The position numbers and the translations under genes are program-made. From Trichodelitschia bisporula (taxonomy: Eukaryota), in the NCBI GenBank assembly GCA_010356995.1, contig ML996691.1, positions 688,174-752,173 of the forward strand: a stretch of DNA of 64,000 nucleotides, in the 5' to 3' direction. Shown piece after piece: positions 11,521-23,065 of this stretch (position 1 is its first letter; each line of letters opens with the position of its first letter). The notes under the pieces are model-generated. The model was not told the origin of the DNA, did not search any database, and saw only the letters and a program-made list of their open reading frames with translations.

Positions 11521-13414
11521 TCAACCAGACTTGGGCGCAACAGGAGCATTCTCCTCATCATCGCCGGCGTAGGCAAACTTGGACCGGCGACGAATCGCCT
11601 CGCCCTTGTACCAGAAAAAGAATGGGATAGCACAGCATCCGAGGCCCAGAAATGCGAGCAGCGAGCTGGCCCATTGGTCCCCTAGACGATCGTACATCTG
11701 CTCGGTGAAGAGCACCGTGGCGGCACCCCAGAAGCTGCGAATGAAGGTCTTGGCCGCGAGAGCGCTGGCGGCTTGGTGCTGGTAGCTGTCGACGAGGTAG
11801 TTGTTGGCAGCGTTGTAGAGGAAGATGAAGCCGAAGCCGACAGGGAGACCGCCGAGGCAAGGGCCAACCCACGAGAGGCGCGGGTAGGAGGTCCAAGCGA
11901 AAATGAAGAGGCCAATGGGGACGAACCAGCAGGAACACATCATCGGGATTAGGCGGATCTCAGCGGGCGGGTGGCCATTGTACTTGGCAGCCATCTTGAG
12001 ATAATGTTTGTTCACAAGTGGCGCACACATGGCGCTAAGAATGACACCGACGGCGAGGGGAATGAACATGAGACCGGTCATACTAGCGGACCAACCCTTG
12101 CCTTTCTGGTAGACAATAGGATAGCTTGAAAGTCGTTAGCAGCCATAATTTCCCAAGGGGGCTTGGACGATCACTTACGCAACGAAGAACATGTACAGCA
12201 AGCCATAAAGGACGGACATGTACAAGGAAATCAGAAGAACGATGAGCTCCTGGAAAAGCAGCTGGAATGGCCGAACAAGGAAGAGTTTCAGACGTTGGCC
12301 CATGGGACGCATATCCAGATCTTGCTCAGTAACATACTTGCTGTCTCCAGTTTCTTTCCGCAGCTTCTTGGCCCGCCTGGCCAGAATAGTGGGCGCATAG
12401 GTTTCAGGTACGGTAAACGTGATCAGCATCCAGACCGCACCAGAGAGGATAAGCTGTATCCAATACAGCCATCTCCACCCCAGGTTATCGGCAAGGAAAC
12501 CGCCAACCAGAGGACCAATTGCAGGGCCGATGAAAGGAGCAGCGCTGAAGGCGGCCATGGGAACGCCGCGCTCCTCGTTTCTCCACAGATCCGCCAGAGT
12601 TCCACCGACAAGAGTCATTGGAGCACTGAAGCATATACCATCAATGAACCGAGTAACCAGGAGGGTCTCGATATTCTTCGCAACCGCCCCAGGAATGATG
12701 AAGATGACCGCTATACCCAGTGTGCTGGCGTAAATCACTTGACGGCCGAAGATTTCGCTCAGAGGAGAAAATACCATGGGGCCTAGGGCGACTGTTAGCC
12801 CTCTTCATACCGGCAATGGTAAAACACTCACCGACACCGAAGCCAATAACGAAGAACGTAATGGACAGCAAGCCTACTTCCTCAGAGACACCAAACTCCT
12901 TGGCCATGCTCCCAATGTCCGCCGTGATGACGGAACTGTTGAGAGCGACGACAAAACAGGTGACAGCCACGACCATGGTACACCACCACTTGCGCCACTT
13001 TGGCCAGTTCTTCGGGTTCTCCGGATCCCCAATCTTGAAAGTTACCAGGTCGTAGTTCTCGATCCTACCGGTGACGTTCGACTTGACGGGCCGCACAATC
13101 TGACCATTCGCCGTCTCCTCGGTAAACTCTTCAAGAATGGCATTGTTCGCAAGGGTCCTGGATGGCAGGTTGACGAGATCGACACCATCATAAGTGGAGA
13201 CACGGCGGCTGGCCGTGGATGAGCGGCGGAGATTTGAAGTAGGATGGACGACGCTTTCATATTGGACTGGCTGATCAGAGTTGAGGTGATCGGATTCTGG
13301 GGTCAGGGTTTCTGATGATGTTGTCGGCTTCTCGGAAGGCTTTTCTGCTGAACTGGCAGAGCTTGAGTCGTTCGACTTCCTTGGTTGGAGCGCCATGTTT
13401 TCGAAAGAAGACAT
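11521..13414 (-). CDS. MFS drug:H+ antiporter, DHA1 family (resembles Tpo/Nag3-Nag4-type transporters)
   Basis: [60 protein letters not shown] motifs. Introns 12783-12831 and 12125-12178. Start could also be ATG at 13396. Confidence 0.92.
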
Positions 13415-15389
13415 CCCCGAGAAGTGATGTTAGGTTTGGGTGATTTAGCAGACTGGAGGAAGACAGGGGGGTTGGAATATATATATCCCAATTGTGTGGG
13501 GCATCCAACAGTGACTTTTGTGGCAAAACGGGGTCATCTTCCTTCTGAATTTATCTCCAAAGCATTTCGGTCATCCGTCGGACCTAGCGCCAGCCAATAA
13601 GCAATGAGAATTGGAGGCATAAAACGCTGAGGAGCATCACCGAATGATCTCCGGGCCCACAGAAAGGTGAGTTCGCGACGGGCCGCTTCTTTGATTCCAG
13701 AACAACACGCGGCACAAGGCTTAAATTAGTTCCGCGGTTGCCCTGTGAACGGATGGAAATTCCGTCCTAACGGAAATGAAGCCAGAGGCTGAGGCTGGAT
13801 ATCAATTAGCCCCAGATAGAAATGTTCTCAGATAATCAGAGGGAAAGACTCAGTAAATCTCCACACGCAAGCCGATATTCCCGGATGAAGCATGCCTCAA
13901 GAGAGGAGAGTTATCAGTTTCGTCTTACAACGTGACTGCCTTGCCGATTGGCATATTGGACGAAGGTACGGTACCGTACGGTGCTTGGCTCAACGTAGCA
14001 ACGGATGTGTGGCCTACTGTAACCTGCAGTGCCTGCCGAGCCGGGCTCACTCCGAACGATCTCCTCATGTGCTCGCTGGTACCGAGTTTGACGTCAGAGG
14101 CTCGCAAAAGTCCATCGTAGCGGTCTCGACTACTGCGTAGGCGAAGGTGCTCCGACGCATAGCGCATTTCTGAGCCTTCGACCCCACCCTGCCGTCTCTG
14201 CTTCTGGGGATGAGGAAAGCGATTACAGTTGCACCTCTATCTCAACCCTGCGATGACGAACGCAAGGCGCCTTTTCCATTATTTCGATGAGATCGTCTTG
14301 TTCCGCCAGACGGCAAAGCTGGTGACAAGAACTGGAGCGTCAGGTGGGTAAACTTTGATCCAAGAAACGGAGTCTTGATTTTACGACTTCGACCTTCGGC
14401 GGCAACTACGGACGGGAGCTAAGCCAAGGTCCGGGCTCGGGATCGTTGAGAATAGTAAAATAGGGCCGGTGGCTCTCCCCGCCGTCCCCGACTAGAACCT
14501 AAATTGTAGCGGCATTTGTTTCTCCCGCAACAAACTAGGATGCGGCATACGGCACGCCCGGCTGCTGTACCTGATCCTGAAATGAGCAAGGTGTACAGGA
14601 GAGTGCAGGAGCTGGGACGGCATCGCTCCACGGCCAACTCCTGCACCGCACTAGTACCTGTCGTCACATGCTGGAATGATGCGGATTGGTTGAGGCTGCA
14701 GATATTTACCCGTGCTCTTTCAGAACCGAAGGAGCCGAAGGAGAGTGAAGGGAAGAAGGTTGATACCCGGGGCAACTTGGTCAGTGACGGGAAATGTTCG
14801 CCCATAGAGGGGATGGACGCTGTACACAGTTGCATTATTGGGCGTTGCGAGATATCATCTCTACCGTAAACAAGACAAGGTTGTTCACTTTCCCATGCAT
14901 CAGAGTTGGCTTGCGAAACTAGAACTAAGGGATACTGATGCACATTGACGAGCGCGCCAAGCACAGGAACCGCACGCCTCAAGTGGGTCGGCGTGGTCGG
15001 CTACGGATGTACTTGCGCGGAAGGTATGGAAGCGAATGGCTCTGTTGACAAATGCATGGTCCTTTGGATGTATTACGAAAGGCGAAAGCGGTCTGCGCAG
15101 ATGCAAGTGCCTTCTTGAGCGATTGTGATCGCTTGGCTTCGTGAAGTGAATGCGCCCAATGAGTCCCCCTACAAGGGAATTCATTCCGAACACCCGGGGC
15201 GGGACGCGGGCCGCAAAGCGCGTGCATGGCAATCTGCACCATCCGCATGTTTGTATCGCGAGTAGGGTTAAAATAGATGTCAAACAAACATTTCTTTACG
15301 CGGGCAAACAATTCAAATTAACGGCATCTTTTTAAAAGTATCCAACGTTTTAAACGCTGGAAAAGCGATTTTGGCCCGTGCACGCCCGT

Positions 15390-17070
15390 GCTTCTACTAT
15401 AGACGGCTAGCGTATTACCCGACTAGGCCTTGTTACTTTGGTGGTTGCTTGAAATGAATATCGGACGTTTCTTTGCAAATCAAACAAATGGGTGAAACCG
15501 GATAGATAACGGATAAAGCACAACCCTAATCGCGAGGACGTCTCTTGTGGATCGGAGCATTTCAAGAGGCGTGCTGGCCGGGGGACCGCTAACTGTGGTT
15601 GGGTTGGTTCCCACCCCCACAGCAATTTCTGCGGCAAAGGACCTGATGATGAAAGTATTGTGTGAAGTGATAGCAACAGCGGTTGACGCACGTTTTGCAG
15701 AAACGGCTTTAAGGGTTGAAGTGGGGGTTACCGGCACCAGTGCGGGTATGTATCGCGTCTTGGTGGATGGTTGTTTGATCAACGATCGGCGATGGGGGTT
15801 TGGAAGTTCGTGGGTAATGGTGTGGCTTGGAGTTTGCGGACGCCACCCCACTGCCAAAACTTGATAAAGGACGGACTCTGATGAGAGCTCTACCTCTACG
15901 TAGTACATATCCATCTTGGGAACGCAATCTCAGCAATCTGGAGTTGAAGAGCTTCTTTGCCCATATGGCCCTCTTTAACAGTGTCCTGGCCGCACGCCCT
16001 AGGACACCGAAAAATTGAACGCTCATCATCGTTTTAGTCCCCCCAACGAAACGTCAGAGAGCAAGAAACTCGCAACATGAAATGGCCCCTTGGTCAATTG
16101 GCGTTGAGCCAGTGACAGGCCGTAAGCTTAATGACAGAAGGCTCTCCAGACTCTCAAGCCCGTTTACGGAGCCGGAATCCACTTACAGCCTGGCGGTGGA
16201 AGGCGCATAAAGGCGACCAGCTTATCACAGGCTACTGCATGTGGCTCCAGATCGGACACTTAAACGAGACCCTCACCGGTGAGGCCAAGGTCCTGATCCA
16301 GATGGTATACCTTGCTTTCAAAACTCCAACATGGCGCAGAAATCTCAAGGGGATACAGCATCGAAGATGCATAAGGAGGAAGGTCGTGTGCAGAGGCGAT
16401 TGGGTGGATTGTCTATGGAACTTTAATACATGTGCTCCCTACGTCTTTGTTCGAGTGTTAGCTTCGAGTTGCGGCGAATTAGGGCTCTTAGCTATATCTC
16501 TGAGGTCACTTGGGTACCTCGCGCATGTAACTTGGACTCTGGAGAACCTTGCGAATTTCAACCATATGTTCTGTCAATGCCCGGCGAACGAATTAAAGCC
16601 TTTCCTCCATCCCCGGCCCCAATTAAGGAGCCATATTCTGTCCTCCCTCTTTTACAGGCTGCCTGAGCGATGTTGGGATGGACTATCTCGTGTTCTTAGC
16701 AAACGTTCGTTTCAGTTTTGAGGGCAAGAGCACTGAGTGTGGCATTCAATGTGCATGGTCTTGGTCTCCCCAAAGGACCGTTGATGTCGAAATGGGCAGT
16801 TGACTTTTCCTCTCCCATCACAGGGCGAACTGTACAAGCAGTCCTATGGTGACATATTGTACTAAAGGCTGTTCTGATATCCGAAGCAGGAGGACACCAC
16901 GGCAGGAGAGAACCGCACCATATAACAGTGGATGGGGGTGGCAGCCGTAGGAACGCTGCTACTCGTAGTATGTTTGGAACCAGCTGTCGATTTTGATACT
17001 GTAGTACGGAAACCTCTATTATGATACATTAGATGTGCAGTATCTCCGAGAGATTCATATAGAAGTCGAA
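15390..17070 (+). ncRNA. Candidate telomerase RNA (TER/TR); boundaries approximate
   Basis: AACCCTAA at 15522-15529 is complementary to TTAGGGTT and sits just 3' of a stem-loop (15446-15520). A long-range helix 15426-15437/16111-16121 encloses it. Many 6-10 bp helices follow, no credible ORF is present, and AT-rich sequence lies upstream at 15325-15355. Confidence 0.55.
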
Positions 17071-18929
17071 TTGCTCACCTACCTATCGGCATTTTACGAA
17101 GCGTGACTTTTGTCTCAATGACCAGGAATCAACCAAGCACGGCCTTGATGCTCCTTGAAAATGAAGCTGAAGTAGCAACAGTACGTTGGTTGTACATCCG
17201 TACTACGTACGTTCGGGGCAACCTTAGGTCCCATATTCCGACAAGGCCTGCAGATAGGCAGTTTGATAGGGCTACGCTTAGATTATGTGCAGTAGAACGC
17301 AGCAGCCGCAGGGCCGAAGCTGCCGAAATGCGTCCAGTCCCAGAGACGCTGTCCTGGGGTTTTTGGTTGAGGGGTGTGATGATGAAGCTTACTACATCCG
17401 TACGCAGTACGTACGCCATTCATCCCCTGTAGCCGCTGGCGTGGGGCTTCAGACAGGCGCAGACGCTGGAGAAGCGCCTCTAGCGGCAGCCCCACACCGT
17501 AGGCCAGATTCCCTGCCCTCGACTTCCAAAAGGCAGAGTTCCATCACCTTCTTCTCCCACTCCAATATTTGTCAGGATCTTTATCCACCTTACCGTAAAG
17601 CTTTTTCGCCCTCTTCAAGGCCTCAAAGCTATTCGCCGACGGTCTACGCGTCCCATTCCCGACTTCGGCTCGTTGAGTGCCCTCCCGTCCGAGGGCGTTA
17701 TCGAGGCTCACTCCACGCCCACTCCCCCGGGTCGCAGGCACGCTCAGTCGTCCTCCGCCAAAGACTGAGACTCGCAGGTCTGCCGCATCATCGGCGTCGT
17801 TTCCCAGTTCACAACCCTCTAGACATCCCCTGTTGCAGCTCCCAGCAGTAGCAGTACTGGCAGCAAAGCGCCAGTCCCCCAGTCCCCCAGCCCGCCGACC
17901 CGCCCCTCCACCTCAAGTCGTTCCTCCGTCCCATCCGACTGCCCTGCAAACCCCTCTCCACCCCTCCTTCAACACGCATTATCCACTCCTCCCATCCAAG
18001 CTGGACGCACCATCCCTTCGGTAGGGAAAGAAATATACAATCCATTGGCAATTGTCATTCCATCGAGAGGCTGCTTAGGATAAACGCCGCGTCCTCCTGC
18101 GAACAGAGTCCCGTCGGCCGTCAAGGTAGGGCAACATCAGCCTACAGCAGCCCACATCCGACCACCATAACCTACAGCTGGGAAGCAAACACTGCGGCAA
18201 CAGCAAGAAGGGGACATCTCATACCCCCAACTTTAGGTGTCCAGCGTTTAGGCAAACAGGGCGACCTGGCCATCGGCTAGGAGTACCAACGGCCGCAGCT
18301 CAACGGCAGCAAGCAGCGCCAGCTAGCCAAGGGGATCAGGGATTTTGGTCGACTTTGAGTTTGAAGTAGGTCTCTTGGGGGTGTCTTTTTGTTGGTTGCA
18401 AGTCCGTGACCGTTGACGGCGGGTGCAGGAAGCGTGAGAATCCCTCAGCTTGGCCCTCCCCCTCCTTCACTTCTTACTCCCCACCCACCCCTCCTTCCGG
18501 CCTCAAGGCTCATCCCGCAACCAACCCCCCCCCCGCACCTCCCAAGGCCCCAGTTCTCCGGTGTCCCCAGCAGAGTGTCTCGTCCAGTGCGTGCCTCTCC
18601 CGCTTGAACCTTCGCCGCGCCTGCATACTGCATACAGCACACATCCAGAGAGACCTCATCCACGCCCACGCTCTTACCATACCTCCCCCTCCCTCCCCTC
18701 CCCTTCCCCCAGCCTCACCTTGCAGTGCCTCGCGCCCGGCTCCGCTCACCAGAGTCGTCACTCTCCCAGTGATCCAATCAACGCGGCTCACAGCCTGTCC
18801 CCTTCGTTCGGCCAAACCGTTTGCCATCCCTGTCACACTTTCCCCAGCAGACGTCGTGCAGAAAAAGGCGAGGCCAAAGAATATTGCTTCGCTCCTAGAA
18901 AGCTGCCCTCCGTTCTCAGTTCCGCTATA

Positions 18930-21900
18930 ATGGGTAAGTTCCCTCCCTTCCGCGCAGCCTTCCATCCCTCAGCCTTTTTTTTCGCGCCGGAAGTGAGCAG
19001 TTCGCATCCATTGTATACTTGAACCACCCGGACGCGCTTCAGTGGAACGCACTCAGATTTTCAGCCCTCAAGAACCTGGCAGAGGGGTTTTTCTTGTCCG
19101 CGCGCTCACTCTTCTCACCTCTTGCAGCAGACACCGGAGACACGTATCGGCCCAGCACTGTAAGTACTATCCACTCTTCCATTGTATTCAGCAAACCTTG
19201 CAATGGCTTCCTTTTGTGTTTGTTGCTTTGGGGACGATGGTAGGATGGTTTGCGAAACGCCAGTGCTGAGCGGGTTCGAACGAACGAAGTGAGGCTTTGT
19301 GTCGTCGAGAGCCTCGCACTTTGCGTCCATCCAAACCTCCAAGGCGGTCAATTTCTTTTTACTCCACCTAGCCTTAGGCGCCGAGGCGTCGAGGCAATCG
19401 AGGCACGATATGTGTTCCGAAGCCAGCCGCATCACCATATCGTCATGGAATCGCAGAACTTGTGTGCACGAGCATGACAGGCATGAGGCAGACAGAGAGA
19501 AAGAGAAAGAGAAGGGGAGATGAGAGAAAGAGAAAGGGAGTGAGAAAGAGAGAGGCAGCAGGGCAAGGGCAAGTCTGGACGCGAGAAGAGCCGCGTACGC
19601 AACGTACACTTGAGGACTTCATTTGGGGTTGACGAAGAGAAGAGGGCTCCTGACTTCCTCTTTTTCTTCTCTGTGCGAACTTGCCCTGTTGTGCCTTCTC
19701 GTCTTCTTCTTCTTCTTCTTCTGCTTTCTTCTCTTTCTCTTAGCTCGTGGCTCCTAGCTCTTTTTCCCAAGCTCTTTCCTCCCACCCATCGCACCTTCCC
19801 TTCCACATGGGCAAAGACGTCAAGGCGGGTCGGTCGCGCCTGCTGGCTTTGGATGAACTGGCGGCAAAAGGCGGCCTCACAAGCGCGCCCTTACCGCGAT
19901 GCCCTTCCAAAACGACTTACGAGCCCCCCCCACTCGCTAATTTACCCGCCACATCGCTTGTTCTGCCTGTGCTAGCCGCCGGGCCTCTTTCCCTCTTTCT
20001 CCCACCTCACCTCCTCCCCTCCTTCCCCCATTCCACCATCCCTTCACCATACTCTCCGCGGAACCCAATTCCATCTTTGCCAAGCAACCAACTGCAACCT
20101 TTTCATCGGCCTCCATCACTTTCTTTCCAACACGCCTTATCGATTCTGCACAATCGCTCTTTGTCGCGCATTTTGCCATCATGGCATTCTCCACCTCTGC
20201 TAATCCGTCCGTCAAGCGCGAACGTTCTCGATCGCCTCGTCGCCGTTCTCGCAGCCCTCGCCCTTCTCGCCGTTCTTACTCTCCTCGCAGCAGATCTCGC
20301 AGCCGTGACGGTTATCGACGCAACGACCGTAGATCTCGCTCCCCGAACGCTGGCCAGACTGGTGCACCGAGCGGCGGACATTCTGACTATCATACAGCAG
20401 GTCGTGCGCCGTCGGTGAAGAGTCCCGAGGACAAGACTTTCGCAAAGGAGCAGATGATGGCGAACATCCGTGAGACTTCTCAGCAAGACCGGCGTGTCTA
20501 CGTCGGCAACCTGTCGTACGATGTCAAGTGGCATCACCTCAAGGACTTCATGCGCCAAGGTACGCGCAATCCCTCCCGACCCTCAGCGCTAGCTAACAGC
20601 ACACTACAGCCGGTGACGTTCTGTACGCCGACGTCCTTCTACTTCCGAATGGCATGAGCAAGGTGGGCTAGTTTGCGGCTGGTTATCTGGCTTTTCCTGG
20701 TTGTTGTAAGGATGATGGGTTGACGGGTAGGACTGGATGTCCGTTTAAATGTAGGGATGCGGGTAAGTCTACTCCCTGACTGTGCGACCTCTAAGTTCCT
20801 AACTAACTGGGTGTGCGCAGTATCGTGGAGTATGCAACTCGAGAGCAGGCGCAAAATGCCGTCAACACCCTCAGCAACCAGAACTTGATGGGTCGACTTG
20901 TCTACGTCCGCGAAGTGAGTTGCTCCCTGCTGCTAGCACTGCGACAAACACAATCCTATAGGGTGTGAGCAGACGCGTACATCCCACTCCACTCCACCAC
21001 ATACTCCCCCACAACCACACAGCTTCAGCCATACTAATTGGTGGTTCATTAGGATCGTGAGTCCGAGCCTCGCTTCTCTGCTCCTCCCGGTGGCCGCGGC
21101 GGCGGCTTTGGCGGTGGGATGCCTCGTGGCGACTTTGGAGGGGGCTTCGGCATGGGCCGTGGTGGTGGTGGTGGTGGTGGTGGTGGTGGCGGCGGCGGCA
21201 CTGGTCGTCAGCTCTATGTGTCCAATGTTTGTCCTCAGCCCCGCTCCTTGAGCTTGCGCTGACATTTGAATCTAGCTTCCTTACACCGTGGGTTGGCAGG
21301 ATTTGAAGGACCTTTTCCGTCAGGCTAGTATGCCATCACCCATCCCAAGCTACCAAGTGATCTCGATGCTTACCTTTGCTTAGCTCAGGTTGGTAACATT
21401 ATACGTGCTGATGTCAACATGGGTCCGGATGGCCGCCCGCGCGGTTCTGGCATTGTTGTCTTCGACAACGCCGATGATGCTCGTAATGCCATCCAGCAGT
21501 TTAACGGCTACGACTGGCAGGGCCGTGCTCTCGAAGTTCGCGAAGACCGCTACGCTGGTGGGCCTGGTGCTGGTGGCTTCGGCGGTGGCGGTGGCGGCTT
21601 TGGCGGAGGCTTCGGTGGTGGCCGCGGTGGCTTCGGTGGTCCCCCTCGCGGCGGCTTCGGTGGCCCTGCGCGTGGTGGCTTCGGTGGAGGCTTCGGTGGG
21701 GGTCGCGGCGGTTTCGGTGGTGGCCCTGGGTACGGCGCTCCTGCCGGCTTCGAGGGTGCCTCCTCTGCTCCACCCAACCCGTTCACCGACTACGCTACTA
21801 GCGGTGGAGAGCGCGGTCCTGTCATCTACGTCCGCAACGTATGTCATTCCTCGAGCCCAAGCCTTTCATTTGCTGACACTTATTAGCTCCCTTGGTCCAC

Positions 21901-22224
21901 TAGCAACGAGGATCTTGATGATCTCTTCACAACCATTGGTACTGTCAAGAGGGCGGAGATCCAGTACGAGCCCAACGGTCGCTCCCGTGGAACTGGTGTG
22001 GTCGAGTTCGACACTGCCGAGAACGCTGAGACGGCGATTGGTAAGATTTCTGAGTGTGGTATCTCTGCATGGCTGACCCTGAGGTAGCTAAGTTCACCGG
22101 CTACCAGTACGGCGGTCGTCCGCTTGGTCTCTCCTTCGTCAAGTACAGCAACGTTGGCAACGGCGGTGTTGATGCCATGGACACGGAGGGAGTAAGTGGA
22201 ATGGTTCAAGACCAGATCATGTAA
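18930..22224 (+). CDS. HRB1: SR-like, three-RRM, RGG-rich mRNA-binding protein (Hrb1/Gbp2, Aspergillus snxA type); 11 coding exons
   Basis: Model [25 protein letters not shown]...[34 protein letters not shown]...[21 protein letters not shown]...IYVRN|LPWST...QDQIM*. Introns 18934-19127, 19160-20216, 20560-20609, 20663-20754, 20763-20820, 20915-21052, 21227-21275, 21328-21383, 21839-21886, 22041-22087. The first two exons are less certain than the rest. Confidence 0.9.
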
Positions 22225-23065
22225 AGGTTTCTTTTTACTTCAGCTACCTGGTGTCTGGGAGACATTTTCATTATGAGATGGGTTGTTCAATGAGCTGATA
22301 GGTGGTTTTTCTACTGTTTATCTACTCTCACAACCTCCGATAGCTCGGATATTCTGGAACTCCCTCGTACCATCTCGTTGTCTGTTTACTGTCTAGGCAT
22401 GCGAGGATGTGGATTCCTTGCGGAAAAAAAGATGCGGGATTATACTTGCCGAATCCTACGCAGTTTTGTGTCTATCAAAAGACTTCTTTTCAATGTATTA
22501 TCCTGATTGCGGACAGCCAGTCTCGTAGTCGCATGCTAAACTCTCGAAACCAATAATGGGAAGTGCGACCTTAGACAGAGCCTACTCTTTATCCAGTAAC
22601 TGGCACGCTCTCTGCAACCTCTTGAAGCACGACGTGCCCGCACACCTCGGAAGACTTTTCTAATGAGCCCTAGGCCTGGATTGAAAGGCCTGAGCGCAGC
22701 AGCATGCCTCTTTCATCCATTCCCACTTACGCTTCTGACTCGGTGGACTCGGTAATGGTCACCGCTGGCCCGGAGTCTGGCGGTGTCGTCTTGCCGACGG
22801 AGTTCAATGACCCTTGTGTCATATCGCGGTGTTGTTACTGGGCGGAGTAGCAATTCGGAGACATGCCACTTTCCGGGAACAGTAGCGCTTAGTTGTGGTC
22901 TGTAAGGGTGTATTGTTTCGAAATTGTACAGCGAGGTTATTGAAGGTATTTCAGATGGTCAGATCCAGATCGTGCAAGACGCTCTTCAAAATCCATGGTA
23001 CTCTCATTTGCTATGCTAGTGATATTCAGCAAAAAGCTACCCACGCTCAATGGGTCACTTTCCAC

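Noticed and set aside
22192..22243. GTAAGT...CAG as an alternative last intron of the SR/RRM gene
   Set aside because: No good branch point, and the unspliced end QDQIM* looks like the natural C-terminus.
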